DNA of 64,000 nucleotides, taken from assembly GCA_004524445.1 (NCBI GenBank), contig SDNP01000007.1:33141-97140 (forward strand), read 5' to 3'. The stretch comes from Candidatus Thorarchaeota archaeon. GTDB taxonomy: Archaea; Asgardarchaeota; Thorarchaeia; Thorarchaeales; Thorarchaeaceae. The number at the start of each line of letters is the position of its first letter. Position 1 is the first letter of the stretch. The translations under genes were made by a program, and so were the position numbers. The notes beneath the pieces were generated by a model, which saw only the letters and a list, made by a program, of their open reading frames with translations, did no database searches and was not told the origin of the DNA. Below, piece by piece: positions 19,317 to 29,706 of the stretch.

Positions 19317-20282
19317 CTACTCTCGCCCTAGAGAGTGCCTAAGAACCTTAGCATTCAGTGCGCCAGCTTGGTATTTATCACCTGTCTTGGTATTGCGAAG
19401 AGTTACTTTGGCAGGGCTGAAAAGAAGGGGATCCACCTTGTAGAAGTCAAAATCGAAGCTCTTGAAGAGTTCATAAAAAGGCGTCCCGTATTGAGATGAG
19501 GAAGATGACGGAACTTGCTGAACCAATATATCCAAGTCATCATCGTCTGAGGGCTCAATATCATAAAATGTCTGTCCGGCGTAGAGAATACAATCATTAG
19601 TGATTCCCATGGCTTTGGTGTCCTTCTCGACAACAGGGGCTATGGGCGCCATGCCTTTTCCAGCCTTGATTTTGGCTGGGTCAAACTTGAGTTCATGCAG
19701 CTTATGGGCACCAACTTCAACAATTCTTGCTGATATTTGTACTGAACCTACCTTACACGCTGTAGGGGCAATAATGCAGTACAAATCAGATGTGGACACC
19801 CCACATTTACGTGCAATATACTCGGTAACATTCTCTGGAGGAAATCGTCTTGTTTCCAACAAAATGACCGCCACATCTGACGAATCTTTGAAGTCGAATT
19901 CCTTGAACAGCTTCTCCACCGTGGCGAGAGCTCTTGCTGGACCTGACGCCATGCCGAAATATTTGCCTACATTGATGGTCCATCCCGCATATTGCGAACA
20001 AAGAGTTGCAGTTCGTACATGCTCTGTTTCTACTACCGCTGCCGGGAGAGTAAGGTCTCCAATACTCATCTCAGAAATCTTGACCGTACCCAGCCCAGCT
20101 AAACACACCTCACCCACAATCCTCCCCGCTTCCATTGATCCCGGAACCTCCACACCTGCATCAATAATAGTCGTTCCATTCGATTGCTTTGTCAATGTAC
20201 ATCCAAGGGCACTGCTATTATCCATAAGCTTCTCAAGAACTAAGAATGCTCTCTCATTCAACTTAGTAATCAGACTCATCAA
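19317..20282 (-). CDS. mch: Methenyl-H4MPT cyclohydrolase
   Basis: SQYAGW, SGPARAL, QISARIVE, TNDCILY, FDFYKVDPLLFSPA. Confidence 0.96.
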   Translation of the reverse strand: MMSLITKLNERAFLVLEKLMDNSSALGCTLTKQSNGTTIIDAGVEVPGSMEAGRIVGEVCLAGLGTVKISEMSIGDLTLPAAVVETEHVRTATLCSQYAGWTINVGKYFGMASGPARALATVEKLFKEFDFKDSSDVAVILLETRRFPPENVTEYIARKCGVSTSDLYCIIAPTACKVGSVQISARIVEVGAHKLHELKFDPAKIKAGKGMAPIAPVVEKDTKAMGITNDCILYAGQTFYDIEPSDDDDLDILVQQVPSSSSSQYGTPFYELFKSFDFDFYKVDPLLFSPAKVTLRNTKTGDKYQAGALNAKVLRHSLGRE

Positions 20283-21142
20283 CTCACAAGATGTTCATTT
20301 AACGCAACCCGTGCATAGATTTCCTCTCTCGGATTTCCTTCAGCAAAATCTCCCACAAACTTCACCCATTTCTCTGTTTCAGTCGGTTCCAGGCCTTCTG
20401 GCATAAAATCTGGGCGGCGCAGCTTGAGATATCGCAGATAGTATCCAGTAAACTCCCTCTTTGAAATACCACTGTACTTGTAGGTTGGTGGCAAGGAGTC
20501 TACTCTTCCAAGTGCAAAAATCATCCCTCTAGTAGCTCCAATCCCTACTCTGGGCCCCAATCCCCCTCCAATCATGATTGATCCTCCTCTCATTCTTACT
20601 GCAGCCATCTCTCCTACGTTTCCTTTCACAGCAATGAATCCTCGTCGCATTTGAGAAGCCAATTCTCGCCCGACATCTCCACCAACATAGACTCTGCCTC
20701 CCCTCATCCCTTCCGCGCTCCCTCTGTATCCAGCACAGAGATAGTCTCCTGCATTTCCCTCTATCTGAATATTTCCGCCCTCCTGTTCTGCAGCTGCCCA
20801 TGCATCAACAGATCCACTCACTTTGATTCTCCCTGCAATCATTTCAGCTCCCAGATACATCCCTGTATCTCCCTCAACACTTAGCCGTCCTCCGTTCATC
20901 CCTCTTCCAATCATCTTTACTTGCTTCAAATTCCCCTTCAAAATGATCTCAGTTTCATCAATTTCCTTGGTGCCATCACCCTCAATTTCAAAGAATTCTT
21001 CTAGAGGCAGAGATCTGTTTCCTTGATGAATTTCAATTTCACCAATCTCCATCAATGATTTTCCTGCGAACTGTGATGGGGTGATATTATCTGCTTCCAA
21101 GGGAATATCAGGTTTCTCTTTCAGAGTAAGGAGTATCGTCAA
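20279..21142 (-). CDS. fwdC: Formylmethanofuran dehydrogenase subunit C
   Basis: GXGXG beta-helix repeats (GRGMNGG, GAEMIAG, GAGYRG..GMRGG). Confidence 0.93.
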   Translation of the reverse strand: MTILLTLKEKPDIPLEADNITPSQFAGKSLMEIGEIEIHQGNRSLPLEEFFEIEGDGTKEIDETEIILKGNLKQVKMIGRGMNGGRLSVEGDTGMYLGAEMIAGRIKVSGSVDAWAAAEQEGGNIQIEGNAGDYLCAGYRGSAEGMRGGRVYVGGDVGRELASQMRRGFIAVKGNVGEMAAVRMRGGSIMIGGGLGPRVGIGATRGMIFALGRVDSLPPTYKYSGISKREFTGYYLRYLKLRRPDFMPEGLEPTETEKWVKFVGDFAEGNPREEIYARVALNEHLVS

Positions 21143-21261
21143 GAAGAATCTCTCCTAGTCGTATCGTCATAGCAAACGCTCTGATAAGCTCTTGGAAAAT
21201 TGTACTCGGAAGAAAGAAAAGCCTGCATATCCGAAGGAAAACCATCAAGAGGAGAGCTTGC

Positions 21262-22158
21262 GTGAAGATTAATGGCGTGCCTATCGAAGACACCTTTGCT
21301 GAAGCCTTTAGTATGCACATGAATAGAAGCATTATTACAGCCTACGATGCAGAATGGGCAAGGACTACAGCTTTGGAAGCAACCGGATTTGCCACATCAG
21401 TGATAATGACGCCCGCCGAAGCCGGCATTGAGTATATCTTATCTCCCGATGAAACACCAGATGGACGTCCTGGCGTACGGGTGATTTTCGCTACAGCAAA
21501 GAAGGATGCCTTAGAACAGCAGATTCTGGCACGTCTTGGGCAGTGTGTTTTGACTAGTCCAACAGCATGTGCATTTGATGACACTCCAAATGTCAAGGAT
21601 TCGTATGCCATTGGAAACAGGATTGCGATGTTTGGAGACGGATATCAAGTCAAAAAAGGAACTATTCATGGCCGTATCTTGTGGCTGGTTCCTCGAATGA
21701 GCGGCACATTTGTGATTCAAGAGAAATTTGGGAGAACCAAGGGAGTTGCAGGAGGGAATGTGATTTACTTCTGCGAGGATATCGATAGTGGAATGAGAAG
21801 TGGGAAGGCTGCCGTCAAAGCAATTGAAGGTGTGGAAGGAGCATATACCCCATTTCCGGGCGGTCTTGTTGGCTCCGGCTCAAAGCCATCTTCCAAATAC
21901 AAGGCTCTTCTTGCCTCCACTAATGAACGATATTGCCCAACCCTACGAGCTTTGGTCTCCGACACGTATGTTCCAGACGATAGCGATTTTGTAATGGAAA
22001 TTGTAATCAACGGTCTCTCCGAGGATACCGTAGGAGAGGCCATGAAGGCCGCAATTCTTGAGATTTGTCAGCATCAAGGAGTCATCAAAATATCTGCAGG
22101 TAATTTCGGAGGAGAACTAGGCAAGTATAAAATCAACCTCCATGATATTGGGCTATAG
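21262..22158 (+). CDS. ftr: Formylmethanofuran:H4MPT formyltransferase
   Basis: IEDTFAEAF, TPDGRPG, GQCVLTSPT, FGDGYQ, GNFGGELG. Confidence 0.96.
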   Translation: MKINGVPIEDTFAEAFSMHMNRSIITAYDAEWARTTALEATGFATSVIMTPAEAGIEYILSPDETPDGRPGVRVIFATAKKDALEQQILARLGQCVLTSPTACAFDDTPNVKDSYAIGNRIAMFGDGYQVKKGTIHGRILWLVPRMSGTFVIQEKFGRTKGVAGGNVIYFCEDIDSGMRSGKAAVKAIEGVEGAYTPFPGGLVGSGSKPSSKYKALLASTNERYCPTLRALVSDTYVPDDSDFVMEIVINGLSEDTVGEAMKAAILEICQHQGVIKISAGNFGGELGKYKINLHDIGL

Positions 22159-22333
22159 ACTTGAAACCTCCTAAGGGTTCAATCATAAATGAGAAATCTA
22201 TGTCTATATTCCCCCTTGTCATCAAATATCGATGGAAAACACGAGATCTTCCTCGGCGTAATCATTGCTAATCAGACCATAACCAATATCACTGACTAAT
22301 CATACACACGATGAACTATGGGATGCTTTATTC

Positions 22334-22738
22334 ATGAACGATGAAAAGGCTATAGTCCAAATAACCTCTGGCCGGACTCTTATACAAGGAAGAGCCATTG
22401 AAAAAGGAAAGACAAGCCAAGAGTATCTAGATGCGGTTGCAGTCTGCGAGCTCAGTGATAAGGACATGAGATCTCTTGGTTTAGAGAAAGGAGATACTAT
22501 TCTAGTCGAATCAGAGTTCGGAAAGACTATTGTTAGAAGTAAGCTGGACAAGAATCTGCCTGATGGATTTGCATTTATGCCCTGTGGCCCGTATTTTAAT
22601 TCGCTCATCGCTTCTGATACACAATTCAGTGGAATGCCTTCATATAAGTCCGTGAAGGCATCAATCCGCCGCGCCAATGGTAAGACAATACGGTCCATCG
22701 AGGAAATGGCTAATCCTGGCAAGAAGGTTGTTAGATGA
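22334..22738 (+). CDS. fwdD: Formylmethanofuran dehydrogenase subunit D
   Basis: SGRTLIQG, FMPCGPYFN, GMPSYK. Confidence 0.92.
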   Translation: MNDEKAIVQITSGRTLIQGRAIEKGKTSQEYLDAVAVCELSDKDMRSLGLEKGDTILVESEFGKTIVRSKLDKNLPDGFAFMPCGPYFNSLIASDTQFSGMPSYKSVKASIRRANGKTIRSIEEMANPGKKVVR

Positions 22739-24033
22739 CAGAAACTAACCATATTTTTGAGAATGTGCCATGCACATTCTGTGGCTGCTTATGTGATGAT
22801 TTGATCATCGAGGTGAGCGACAACAAAGTTATGAAAAACACGAATGGCTGCGCAATCTCAAATGAGCGATTTCTTGGTCATGCCGAGAACAGGTTGCTTC
22901 GGCCCACTGTTGACGGTACAGATGTATCTCTTGAGCAGGCTGTGGATCGAGCCGTCAAGATTCTCAAATCATCAAGGCACCCTCTCATTTACGGACTGAG
23001 TTCAACAGAGAACGATGCTCACCGTTATGCTTACAGGATTGCTGAATTAGTTGGTGGTATCGTGGACAACACCACTTCTGTTTGTCACGGCCCCACAATC
23101 TTGGGGGCCCAAGACTCCGGAGAGGTAACAGCCTCTTTGGCTGAAACTAGGCATCGAGCCGACTTAGTAATCTACTGGGGGTCAAACCCAGCGGCAGCGC
23201 ACCCGAGACATATCCCCCGTTATATTCGTCAGCCCGGGGAGTATATTACAGATCCCAAGACGGAGCGAGATATTTGGGTTGTAGACATAAGAAAAACAAC
23301 TACGGCACGAATGGCAGACCGATTCATCCAAATCACACTTGGTACTGATTTAGAGGTTCTTCTCGTTCTGAGGGCTTTGATTAGAGGACATGAGCTTGAT
23401 GTATCTGTAGTTGGCGGTTTGAAAATAGATGAACTCAAAGAAATAGCTCAAACATTGAAGGAAACAAAATACGGTGTTCTCTTTTTCGGACTTGGTCTTA
23501 CCCAAAGCAGAGGCCGTCATCGAAATGTGGATGCTGCTATTCGTCTAGTCCAAGATCTGAACTCCTATACAAAGTGGAATATGATGCCGATGAGAGGCCA
23601 TTACAACGTTTCAGGAGCTAATAAGACCTGTACATGGCAAACAGGATTTCCGTACGCTGTTGATTATTCCAGAGGCTATCCAAGGTATCAACCAGGCGAA
23701 TATTCTGCAGTAGACGCTCTCGCAAGAGAAGAAGTGGATGCAATGGTCAATATTGCAGCAGACCCAGTGGCACACTTTCCTGAGAGCGTCATTGCCCATC
23801 TTCAGAAGATACCTGTCATCAATATTGATCCTAAGGTGAATATGACATCATATGTGGCTGAAGTCAATATACCTGCAGCCATAGCTGGAATCGAATGTGA
23901 TGGGGCGGCAACCCGCATGGATGGCCTTCCACTGTATTTGAGAAAAGTCATAGATCCTCCAGATGGTATTCTTCCCGACCGGGATATTCTACGAATGATA
24001 TACGACCTACTCAAAAAGGAGATGAAGAAATGA
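22735..24033 (+). CDS. fwdB: Formylmethanofuran dehydrogenase subunit B (Cys form)
   Basis: CTFCGCLCDD, SVCHGP, HPRH, MRGHYNV, RMDG. Confidence 0.96.
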   Translation: MTETNHIFENVPCTFCGCLCDDLIIEVSDNKVMKNTNGCAISNERFLGHAENRLLRPTVDGTDVSLEQAVDRAVKILKSSRHPLIYGLSSTENDAHRYAYRIAELVGGIVDNTTSVCHGPTILGAQDSGEVTASLAETRHRADLVIYWGSNPAAAHPRHIPRYIRQPGEYITDPKTERDIWVVDIRKTTTARMADRFIQITLGTDLEVLLVLRALIRGHELDVSVVGGLKIDELKEIAQTLKETKYGVLFFGLGLTQSRGRHRNVDAAIRLVQDLNSYTKWNMMPMRGHYNVSGANKTCTWQTGFPYAVDYSRGYPRYQPGEYSAVDALAREEVDAMVNIAADPVAHFPESVIAHLQKIPVINIDPKVNMTSYVAEVNIPAAIAGIECDGAATRMDGLPLYLRKVIDPPDGILPDRDILRMIYDLLKKEMKK

Positions 24034-25778
24034 CACAGGACATTCTGCTCAAGAATGGCACAGTCTACGATCCTATTAATGACATAAATGGAGAGGTCAT
24101 GGACATATGCATCTCAGACGGAAAAATAGTTGAGAAAGTATCCGGAAGTGCCAAAGAGATAGACCTGAGTAGGTCTGCCGTGATGCCTGGCGGAGTTGAC
24201 ATGCATTCCCACATTATTGGGTCAAAACTGAATGTAGCAAGAATGACATCTCCTGATGCTAATCGACATTTCCCCTTGTATGGGTCGAAGAAGACAAGGT
24301 CTGGAGTTGCAGGAATCATACCCTCCTCTTATGCTACTGGATATCTGTATTCACGCATGGGATATACAACAGTGATTGAGCCCGCTCTTCCTGCTGTAAA
24401 GGGATTAGGCGCATGGGAGGAAGCTGAGGATATACCGGGCTTGGACATGGCAATGCTTCCACTCTTCTCTAATAGCATGATTACTTTCAGATATATTCAG
24501 GATGACGATATCAGTGGACTGGCAGCATATATTGCTTGGACTCTGAAGAGTGTGGGCGGATTCGGGGTCAAAGTTGTCAACCCGGGAGGTACCTATGCAT
24601 GGGCATATGGCAAGAACGTTCGAGAACTTGACACCGAAGTTCCCCAATGGGGTATCACGCCTCGTGAAATTGTCACAGGAATTGCTAATGCTGTGGAATC
24701 ACTAGGTCTCCCTCACCAACTTCATTTGCATCCTAATAATCTGGGACGCGTTGGAAATGTCAAGACGACGATTGAACAACTCGATGCTCTCAAGAATGTG
24801 AAGGGCCATGACAAGAGGAAGGAGATAGTCCATCTGACACATATGTCATTTGATTGTCTTGGAATGACTGAGGATGGTGATCATGAATGGAAAGATGTGT
24901 CTTCTGGAGGTGTAGAATTCGCTGAATACTATGACAAGAATGAACACTTCACCACCGATCTCGGTCAAATCACATTTGGTCCAGCAATGACCATGACGGG
25001 TGATGGACCATTTCAATTCTCTCTTTACCAGATGTCCGGAGGAACTACAAAGTGGTCGAACATTCCGGTAGATGTCGAACTCCCCGGTGGGGCAGGTATA
25101 GTCCCCTTTACATTTACTCCCTCCAGCCCTGCCAACTCTGTTCAGTGGGCCATTCCGCTCGAATTTGCTCTGAGTATAGATGATGTTTGGCGGTGTGTCA
25201 TGACAACTGACCATCCAAATGGTGGTCCATTCCAGAAGTACCCCTTGGTCATATCGTGGCTAATGAGTAAGAAACAGCGCGAGAATTGGATTGATAAGAC
25301 TCACAAGTACGTTGCAGAGAGAACAGCCTTGCCTGACATTGACAGGGAATACACACTCTCAGAGATTGCAATCGTTACAAGAGCCGGCCCTGCAAAGATA
25401 CTTGGTATGGATGTAACGAAGGGACATCTTGGTATTGGCGCAGACGCAGATATTGCAGTCTTTGGGTTCAATCCCGAAAAGATCGAATTAGCGAAAACCC
25501 CCGACAAGATAGTCAGGCATTTCAGCCAGACTTTGTTCACGTTCAAGGGCGGGCAACAAGTGGCCAAGGGAGGAAGGATTGGGGTGCATCTGCAACCAAG
25601 AGTATTTTCCATACGCCCGCAACTTAGGGAGGATCTCCAAAAACGCATAGATAAGGAGCTTGAGGAAATGATGGGGAAGTGGTTCTCACATTCCTTCAGC
25701 AACTATCCTGTTCCCAAACGTTATAGGGTCGGAATTGAACAGCAATCAATTATCGATGCTACGTCAGTAGCCGCGTAG
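24030..25778 (+). CDS. fwdA: Formylmethanofuran dehydrogenase subunit A
   Basis: DMHSH, GYTTV, GVKVVNPGG, HPNNLG, TTDHPNGGPF. Confidence 0.95.
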   Translation: MTQDILLKNGTVYDPINDINGEVMDICISDGKIVEKVSGSAKEIDLSRSAVMPGGVDMHSHIIGSKLNVARMTSPDANRHFPLYGSKKTRSGVAGIIPSSYATGYLYSRMGYTTVIEPALPAVKGLGAWEEAEDIPGLDMAMLPLFSNSMITFRYIQDDDISGLAAYIAWTLKSVGGFGVKVVNPGGTYAWAYGKNVRELDTEVPQWGITPREIVTGIANAVESLGLPHQLHLHPNNLGRVGNVKTTIEQLDALKNVKGHDKRKEIVHLTHMSFDCLGMTEDGDHEWKDVSSGGVEFAEYYDKNEHFTTDLGQITFGPAMTMTGDGPFQFSLYQMSGGTTKWSNIPVDVELPGGAGIVPFTFTPSSPANSVQWAIPLEFALSIDDVWRCVMTTDHPNGGPFQKYPLVISWLMSKKQRENWIDKTHKYVAERTALPDIDREYTLSEIAIVTRAGPAKILGMDVTKGHLGIGADADIAVFGFNPEKIELAKTPDKIVRHFSQTLFTFKGGQQVAKGGRIGVHLQPRVFSIRPQLREDLQKRIDKELEEMMGKWFSHSFSNYPVPKRYRVGIEQQSIIDATSVAA

Positions 25779-25830
25779 GAACGGAAAAAACTCGATATAG
25801 CCCTGATGTGATTCTACTCGAAACGTTTCT

Positions 25831-26037
25831 CTAGATAGAAGTGAATCCTGCATTTCTCTGGAATGCTGCTTGTATCCGGATATTATCCTAAGGCGGAACT
25901 TCTCCTGTTATCACAAAACTATCTGCAATTTCCTCGGGGACGGATAAGGAACCCCCCTCCGCAAACTGGTTCTTCTGCATCAAAGATACGACATCATCCC
26001 TTACATCCTGTTCCACTGATATTGACTGCGAAACCAT
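25831..26037 (-). pseudogene. Degenerate ribonucleotide reductase (class II-like) fragment
   Basis: Manual translation ...GSLSVPEEIADSFVITGEVPP*DNIRIQAAFQRN... resembles RNR VPE..FVTAH.I.PE.HI.MQAAFQ; in-frame TAG at 25888-25890. Confidence 0.5.
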
Positions 26038-26155
26038 TTATTCGACTGAAGTGTTAGGCATTGTCGAACAACAAAACTTTCTTTTTCCGATTTTTATCGG
26101 AGGAAATCTTCAAAAAACTACAAATCATGAAAGGAATGTCATGGCTTGATTTGAT

Positions 26156-26752
26156 ATGAAGTACATGGAGAACCAAGTGGGCATCTCAAACGCTGCGAAA
26201 CTACTCATAGCAGGCCTACTTGGAGGCAGTCTTGGAGCGGTGAGGGCAGTCATACTAATCACAGCAGACCTCTTGGGCTTGCATGTCCCGTTCGGTGCTC
26301 TGATTATAAATGCTATAACTTTGTCAGCAATTTTCTTGACAGGCCTTGGATTCTTTGGTCTTCATATGGGTCTAGACTCTGTGTTTGGATACCGTAGTTT
26401 TCAGGTTGGTGTCTTGACATGCGTCTGCTATCTATGCTATATTCTACAGAAGAGCTTTGATGGTCGAACCGACTATGTGTTGCCGGCTATTTTGGGTGAA
26501 ACATTAGCAGAAACCATCACCATTATAGGACTGCTTCTCTTATTCTCAACCTCTCTCTTTCTAATGCTCTGTGGATTGACTTTGGTACGATTTGGATATG
26601 GCTACTCTTTCGGACCGGAATTATCTTGGACTGGCTTCTTCTACATTCTTGCCTCCTTTGGTATATTCACCCCTATCGAGTACATCTTCTTACTCGTCCC
26701 CTTCCTGCTATCCACCTACATCTTCTACTCGCTTGCAAAATGGGTTGATTAA
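26156..26752 (+). CDS. Hypothetical membrane protein
   Basis: 198-aa hydrophobic ORF with 5-6 TM segments. Confidence 0.7.
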   Translation: MKYMENQVGISNAAKLLIAGLLGGSLGAVRAVILITADLLGLHVPFGALIINAITLSAIFLTGLGFFGLHMGLDSVFGYRSFQVGVLTCVCYLCYILQKSFDGRTDYVLPAILGETLAETITIIGLLLLFSTSLFLMLCGLTLVRFGYGYSFGPELSWTGFFYILASFGIFTPIEYIFLLVPFLLSTYIFYSLAKWVD

Positions 26753-26828
26753 GTGTTACTCCCATGTATGGGAAAGGACCGAAAGAATGATTTCTGGCTG
26801 GTTGTACCAATATCAAGGCGTTCCTCTC

Positions 26829-27875
26829 ATGAGTATTAGGTTCTATTCCTCAGGTGTGCAGCTACTCTTAAACAAAGCCAAAAAAGTCAAAACGGGGAGA
26901 AAATTAACTTCTAAAGAAATCAACGAAATTCTCGAAAATTCTGATATCGCGGCATGGCTCTCTGCATATGATAGTTGGATTGAAGATGTTCATAAGACCT
27001 TTCGAAGAATTCTCAAGTCTTTGCATAAGAAATCACCCCATAATTTAAACGAATGGGCTGAGAGAATCGATTTTGGCCTACGAGTGGCACTAGAAGACAC
27101 AAAACGTCTTCAGAAATCCGTCGAACTCCTACGTCAATTTGACTGGATGGGTGTTGGTGAGAGCGTTGTCGAATTCTTGCCCCCGGAAACCAAAATTCAA
27201 GCCCAAGTTTTTGCGACGATAGATGGCTTCAATGGGGGAATGTATAGGGAAGACAAAATATTCCTATCGCTGGTTCTGCTTGATGCAACGTCCCTTGAAC
27301 CAGGGTTTTTCAGACATGAATTTCATCATAACGGGTTTGACTACTGGTGGAAAAAACACCCTCTGGTTAAGAAATATAGCGAAGAGGAAAACTCTCATGA
27401 AAAATGGTTCCTTGACACCTTCGCTTACTTGGCGTCGGAGGGCTTGGCTAACGCCTTCTGTTCTCCTTCAGCTATCTCAAAGGTAGATGGGCATTCGGAG
27501 CGTATTCGCCTGCATAACTCCATCATAGAGGAATACGAGCAAAACTGGAATGACCTATTTGAACGGCTTATCAACCTACTTCATTCAATAATCAACGGAG
27601 AGGTTGAAGATATAGTGGATTGCTACGAGGATTTTGCCTTGGATATGAAAGGCGAGGGACATCCCATTGGTCACTTCGTAAGCGGAAGAATGGTCCAACG
27701 GATGGACACCTGTATCGATGTACCTCGTCAAGATATAATTGATTTGTGTAAGAATCCCTTCAAGTTTCTCAAAATCTATAACACGGCCGCACAAGGCGAC
27801 AAATTCCAGCCCATTCCGCCTGATATAATTACTTCTCTTGATAGCATGTTGAAAAAGATGCGACAGGAATTGTAG
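26829..27875 (+). CDS. Putative Zn-dependent protease (HExxH)
   Basis: HEFHH followed by SEGLA; ATG at 26829 avoids overlap with upstream gene. Confidence 0.7.
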   Translation: MSIRFYSSGVQLLLNKAKKVKTGRKLTSKEINEILENSDIAAWLSAYDSWIEDVHKTFRRILKSLHKKSPHNLNEWAERIDFGLRVALEDTKRLQKSVELLRQFDWMGVGESVVEFLPPETKIQAQVFATIDGFNGGMYREDKIFLSLVLLDATSLEPGFFRHEFHHNGFDYWWKKHPLVKKYSEEENSHEKWFLDTFAYLASEGLANAFCSPSAISKVDGHSERIRLHNSIIEEYEQNWNDLFERLINLLHSIINGEVEDIVDCYEDFALDMKGEGHPIGHFVSGRMVQRMDTCIDVPRQDIIDLCKNPFKFLKIYNTAAQGDKFQPIPPDIITSLDSMLKKMRQEL

Positions 27876-28073
27876 TCATCGGGAAATCAAACCAGCAATC
27901 AGTCGGCTCTATCATATTTTCAAAAGCCTATCTTTGGATATATATTCTTGCAGGACTCTTTGTAAACTTAGCTGATTCCTTGCATGAATCTCTCCTTGAA
28001 TAAGAATTCACCAGTAGGGAAGAGAAAACACATTTCGATAAGCTTCTAAGGCACTCTAATTCAGATTGGACAT

Positions 28074-29147
28074 ATGTCAGTTCTTTTCGACCCGTTCAAG
28101 ATTGGATCGATGCAGCTAAAAAATCGCCTTATGCGTAGTGCTACAACTTCTGCTTTCTCAAGACCTGATGGAACTATTCGTCCTGCTATTGTAGAGTTAT
28201 ACTCGGATTTGGCCAAAGGCGGAACGGGACTCATTGTAAAAGGTCATCTCTATGTCTTGGAGACTGGAAAGGCCCATGAAGGCATGGCGGGAATAAGTGA
28301 CGACAAGCACATTTCCGGATTGAAAGAAATCACAAAGGCTGTTCATGAGCATAACGGGAAGATAGTCGCTCAGCTCAATCATGCTGGCATCAATCATAAG
28401 GGTGATCGTGCAGGCCCAAGCGAATATAAGGGGGATAATTGGCAATCCAGGGCGTTATTAGAGAACGAAATCGAAGAAATCATCGATGCATTCGGTGATG
28501 CCGCTGAGAGGGCGCTACAAGCTGATTTTGATGGTGTTCAAATACATGGCGCTCATGGATACCTGATTAGTCAGTTCCTTAGTAAACTGGTAAACACCAG
28601 AGATGACCAGTGGGGTGGCAGCCTCAATAAAAGGATGAACCTTCTCATACGGGTATATGATGAGATTCGTAGAAGGGTGGGGAGGGTCCCATTGTTGCTT
28701 AAACTCAACAGTGATGACTTCAGCCCAAATGGATTCACTATAGAAGACAGTATTCGGGTTGCCCAAGTGATGTATGAGAAAGGGATTGATATCATTGAGA
28801 TAAGCGGGGGCGGCATCGGAAGAAGGCAAGATCTCAGATCTCGTGCGGAACATGACGATGATACATTCAGCGAACTTGCTTTTGCGGGACATGCTGCGAG
28901 AATTCGAAACCATACTGGTTCTGCGCCAATGGCATTAGTCAACGGATTTCGTCAACAGAAAACAATGCAAGCATCAATTGAGAGAGGTTTAGTTGACGTT
29001 GTTAGTATGAGTAGGCCCTTTATCCGGGAACCCACCTTGGTCAAAAAACTAAAAGAAGGACAAGATGAAGTCCAATGCATCAGATGTGACAAGTGTCTGG
29101 GAGAAGACGTCTTCGGAAAAGTCATGTTACAGTGTCAGTTGGATTAA
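28074..29147 (+). CDS. NADH:flavin oxidoreductase (old yellow enzyme family)
   Basis: LKNRLMRSAT, QIHGAHGYLISQFLS, RDDQWGGS, C-terminal CIRCDKC. Confidence 0.93.
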   Translation: MSVLFDPFKIGSMQLKNRLMRSATTSAFSRPDGTIRPAIVELYSDLAKGGTGLIVKGHLYVLETGKAHEGMAGISDDKHISGLKEITKAVHEHNGKIVAQLNHAGINHKGDRAGPSEYKGDNWQSRALLENEIEEIIDAFGDAAERALQADFDGVQIHGAHGYLISQFLSKLVNTRDDQWGGSLNKRMNLLIRVYDEIRRRVGRVPLLLKLNSDDFSPNGFTIEDSIRVAQVMYEKGIDIIEISGGGIGRRQDLRSRAEHDDDTFSELAFAGHAARIRNHTGSAPMALVNGFRQQKTMQASIERGLVDVVSMSRPFIREPTLVKKLKEGQDEVQCIRCDKCLGEDVFGKVMLQCQLD

Positions 29148-29313
29148 CATCTCCCAGTCAATACTCTGGAATTTTTCATCCAAGGCATCAGGACAAAATC
29201 CGTCTATATGTGAGATTTGATGACGCTATGCACAGCTGGTAATATTTATATATGTATATGACACCGTACTATACATCATACAGTGTATAACACACAGTGA
29301 AAGGCGATATATA

Positions 29314-29706
29314 ATGGACAATACCACACACCAAAAATGGAGTGATGCTCCGAAAAAAGCACTCGATGAGTTTGACCGTTGGTCTAAAGAGGTCAAACGC
29401 GGAGCAGCATCTCTTGCCATTCTGGCTGTTCTTGAAGAACAGGAGGCTTATGGTTATGAGATCGTCAGACAACTCAGTGAGCGTGTTTCATTCCTGCAAC
29501 TTGAGCAGGGCACAGTCTATCCTCTCCTTCGTCGACTTGAGAAGAGAGGCCTACTTGCAAGTGAGTGGAACTATGACGATCCATCAAAGCCAAAGAAATA
29601 CTATGGATTGACCTCTCCAGGTCAGAGTACGCTTGAGATGATGATGGAAACCTGGGTAATACTATCCCAAGAAATGAATAAGTTGATGAAAGGAGTTGAA
29701 TTCTAA
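29314..29706 (+). CDS. PadR family transcriptional regulator
   Basis: YGYEI, GTVYPLLRRLEKRG, KKYYGLT. Confidence 0.93.
   Translation: MDNTTHQKWSDAPKKALDEFDRWSKEVKRGAASLAILAVLEEQEAYGYEIVRQLSERVSFLQLEQGTVYPLLRRLEKRGLLASEWNYDDPSKPKKYYGLTSPGQSTLEMMMETWVILSQEMNKLMKGVEF

Noticed and set aside
19600-20406. 268-aa plus-strand ORF and similar long antisense ORFs (33276-33872, 49713-50309)
   Set aside because: Shadow frames opposite well-conserved genes, with no motifs
22735-24033. Selenocysteine in FwdB
   Set aside because: Active-site codon is TGT (SVCHGP); no in-frame TGA
26592-26828. N-terminal extension of the HExxH protein
   Set aside because: Overlaps the upstream membrane gene in another frame and is low-complexity; ATG at 26829 is more plausible
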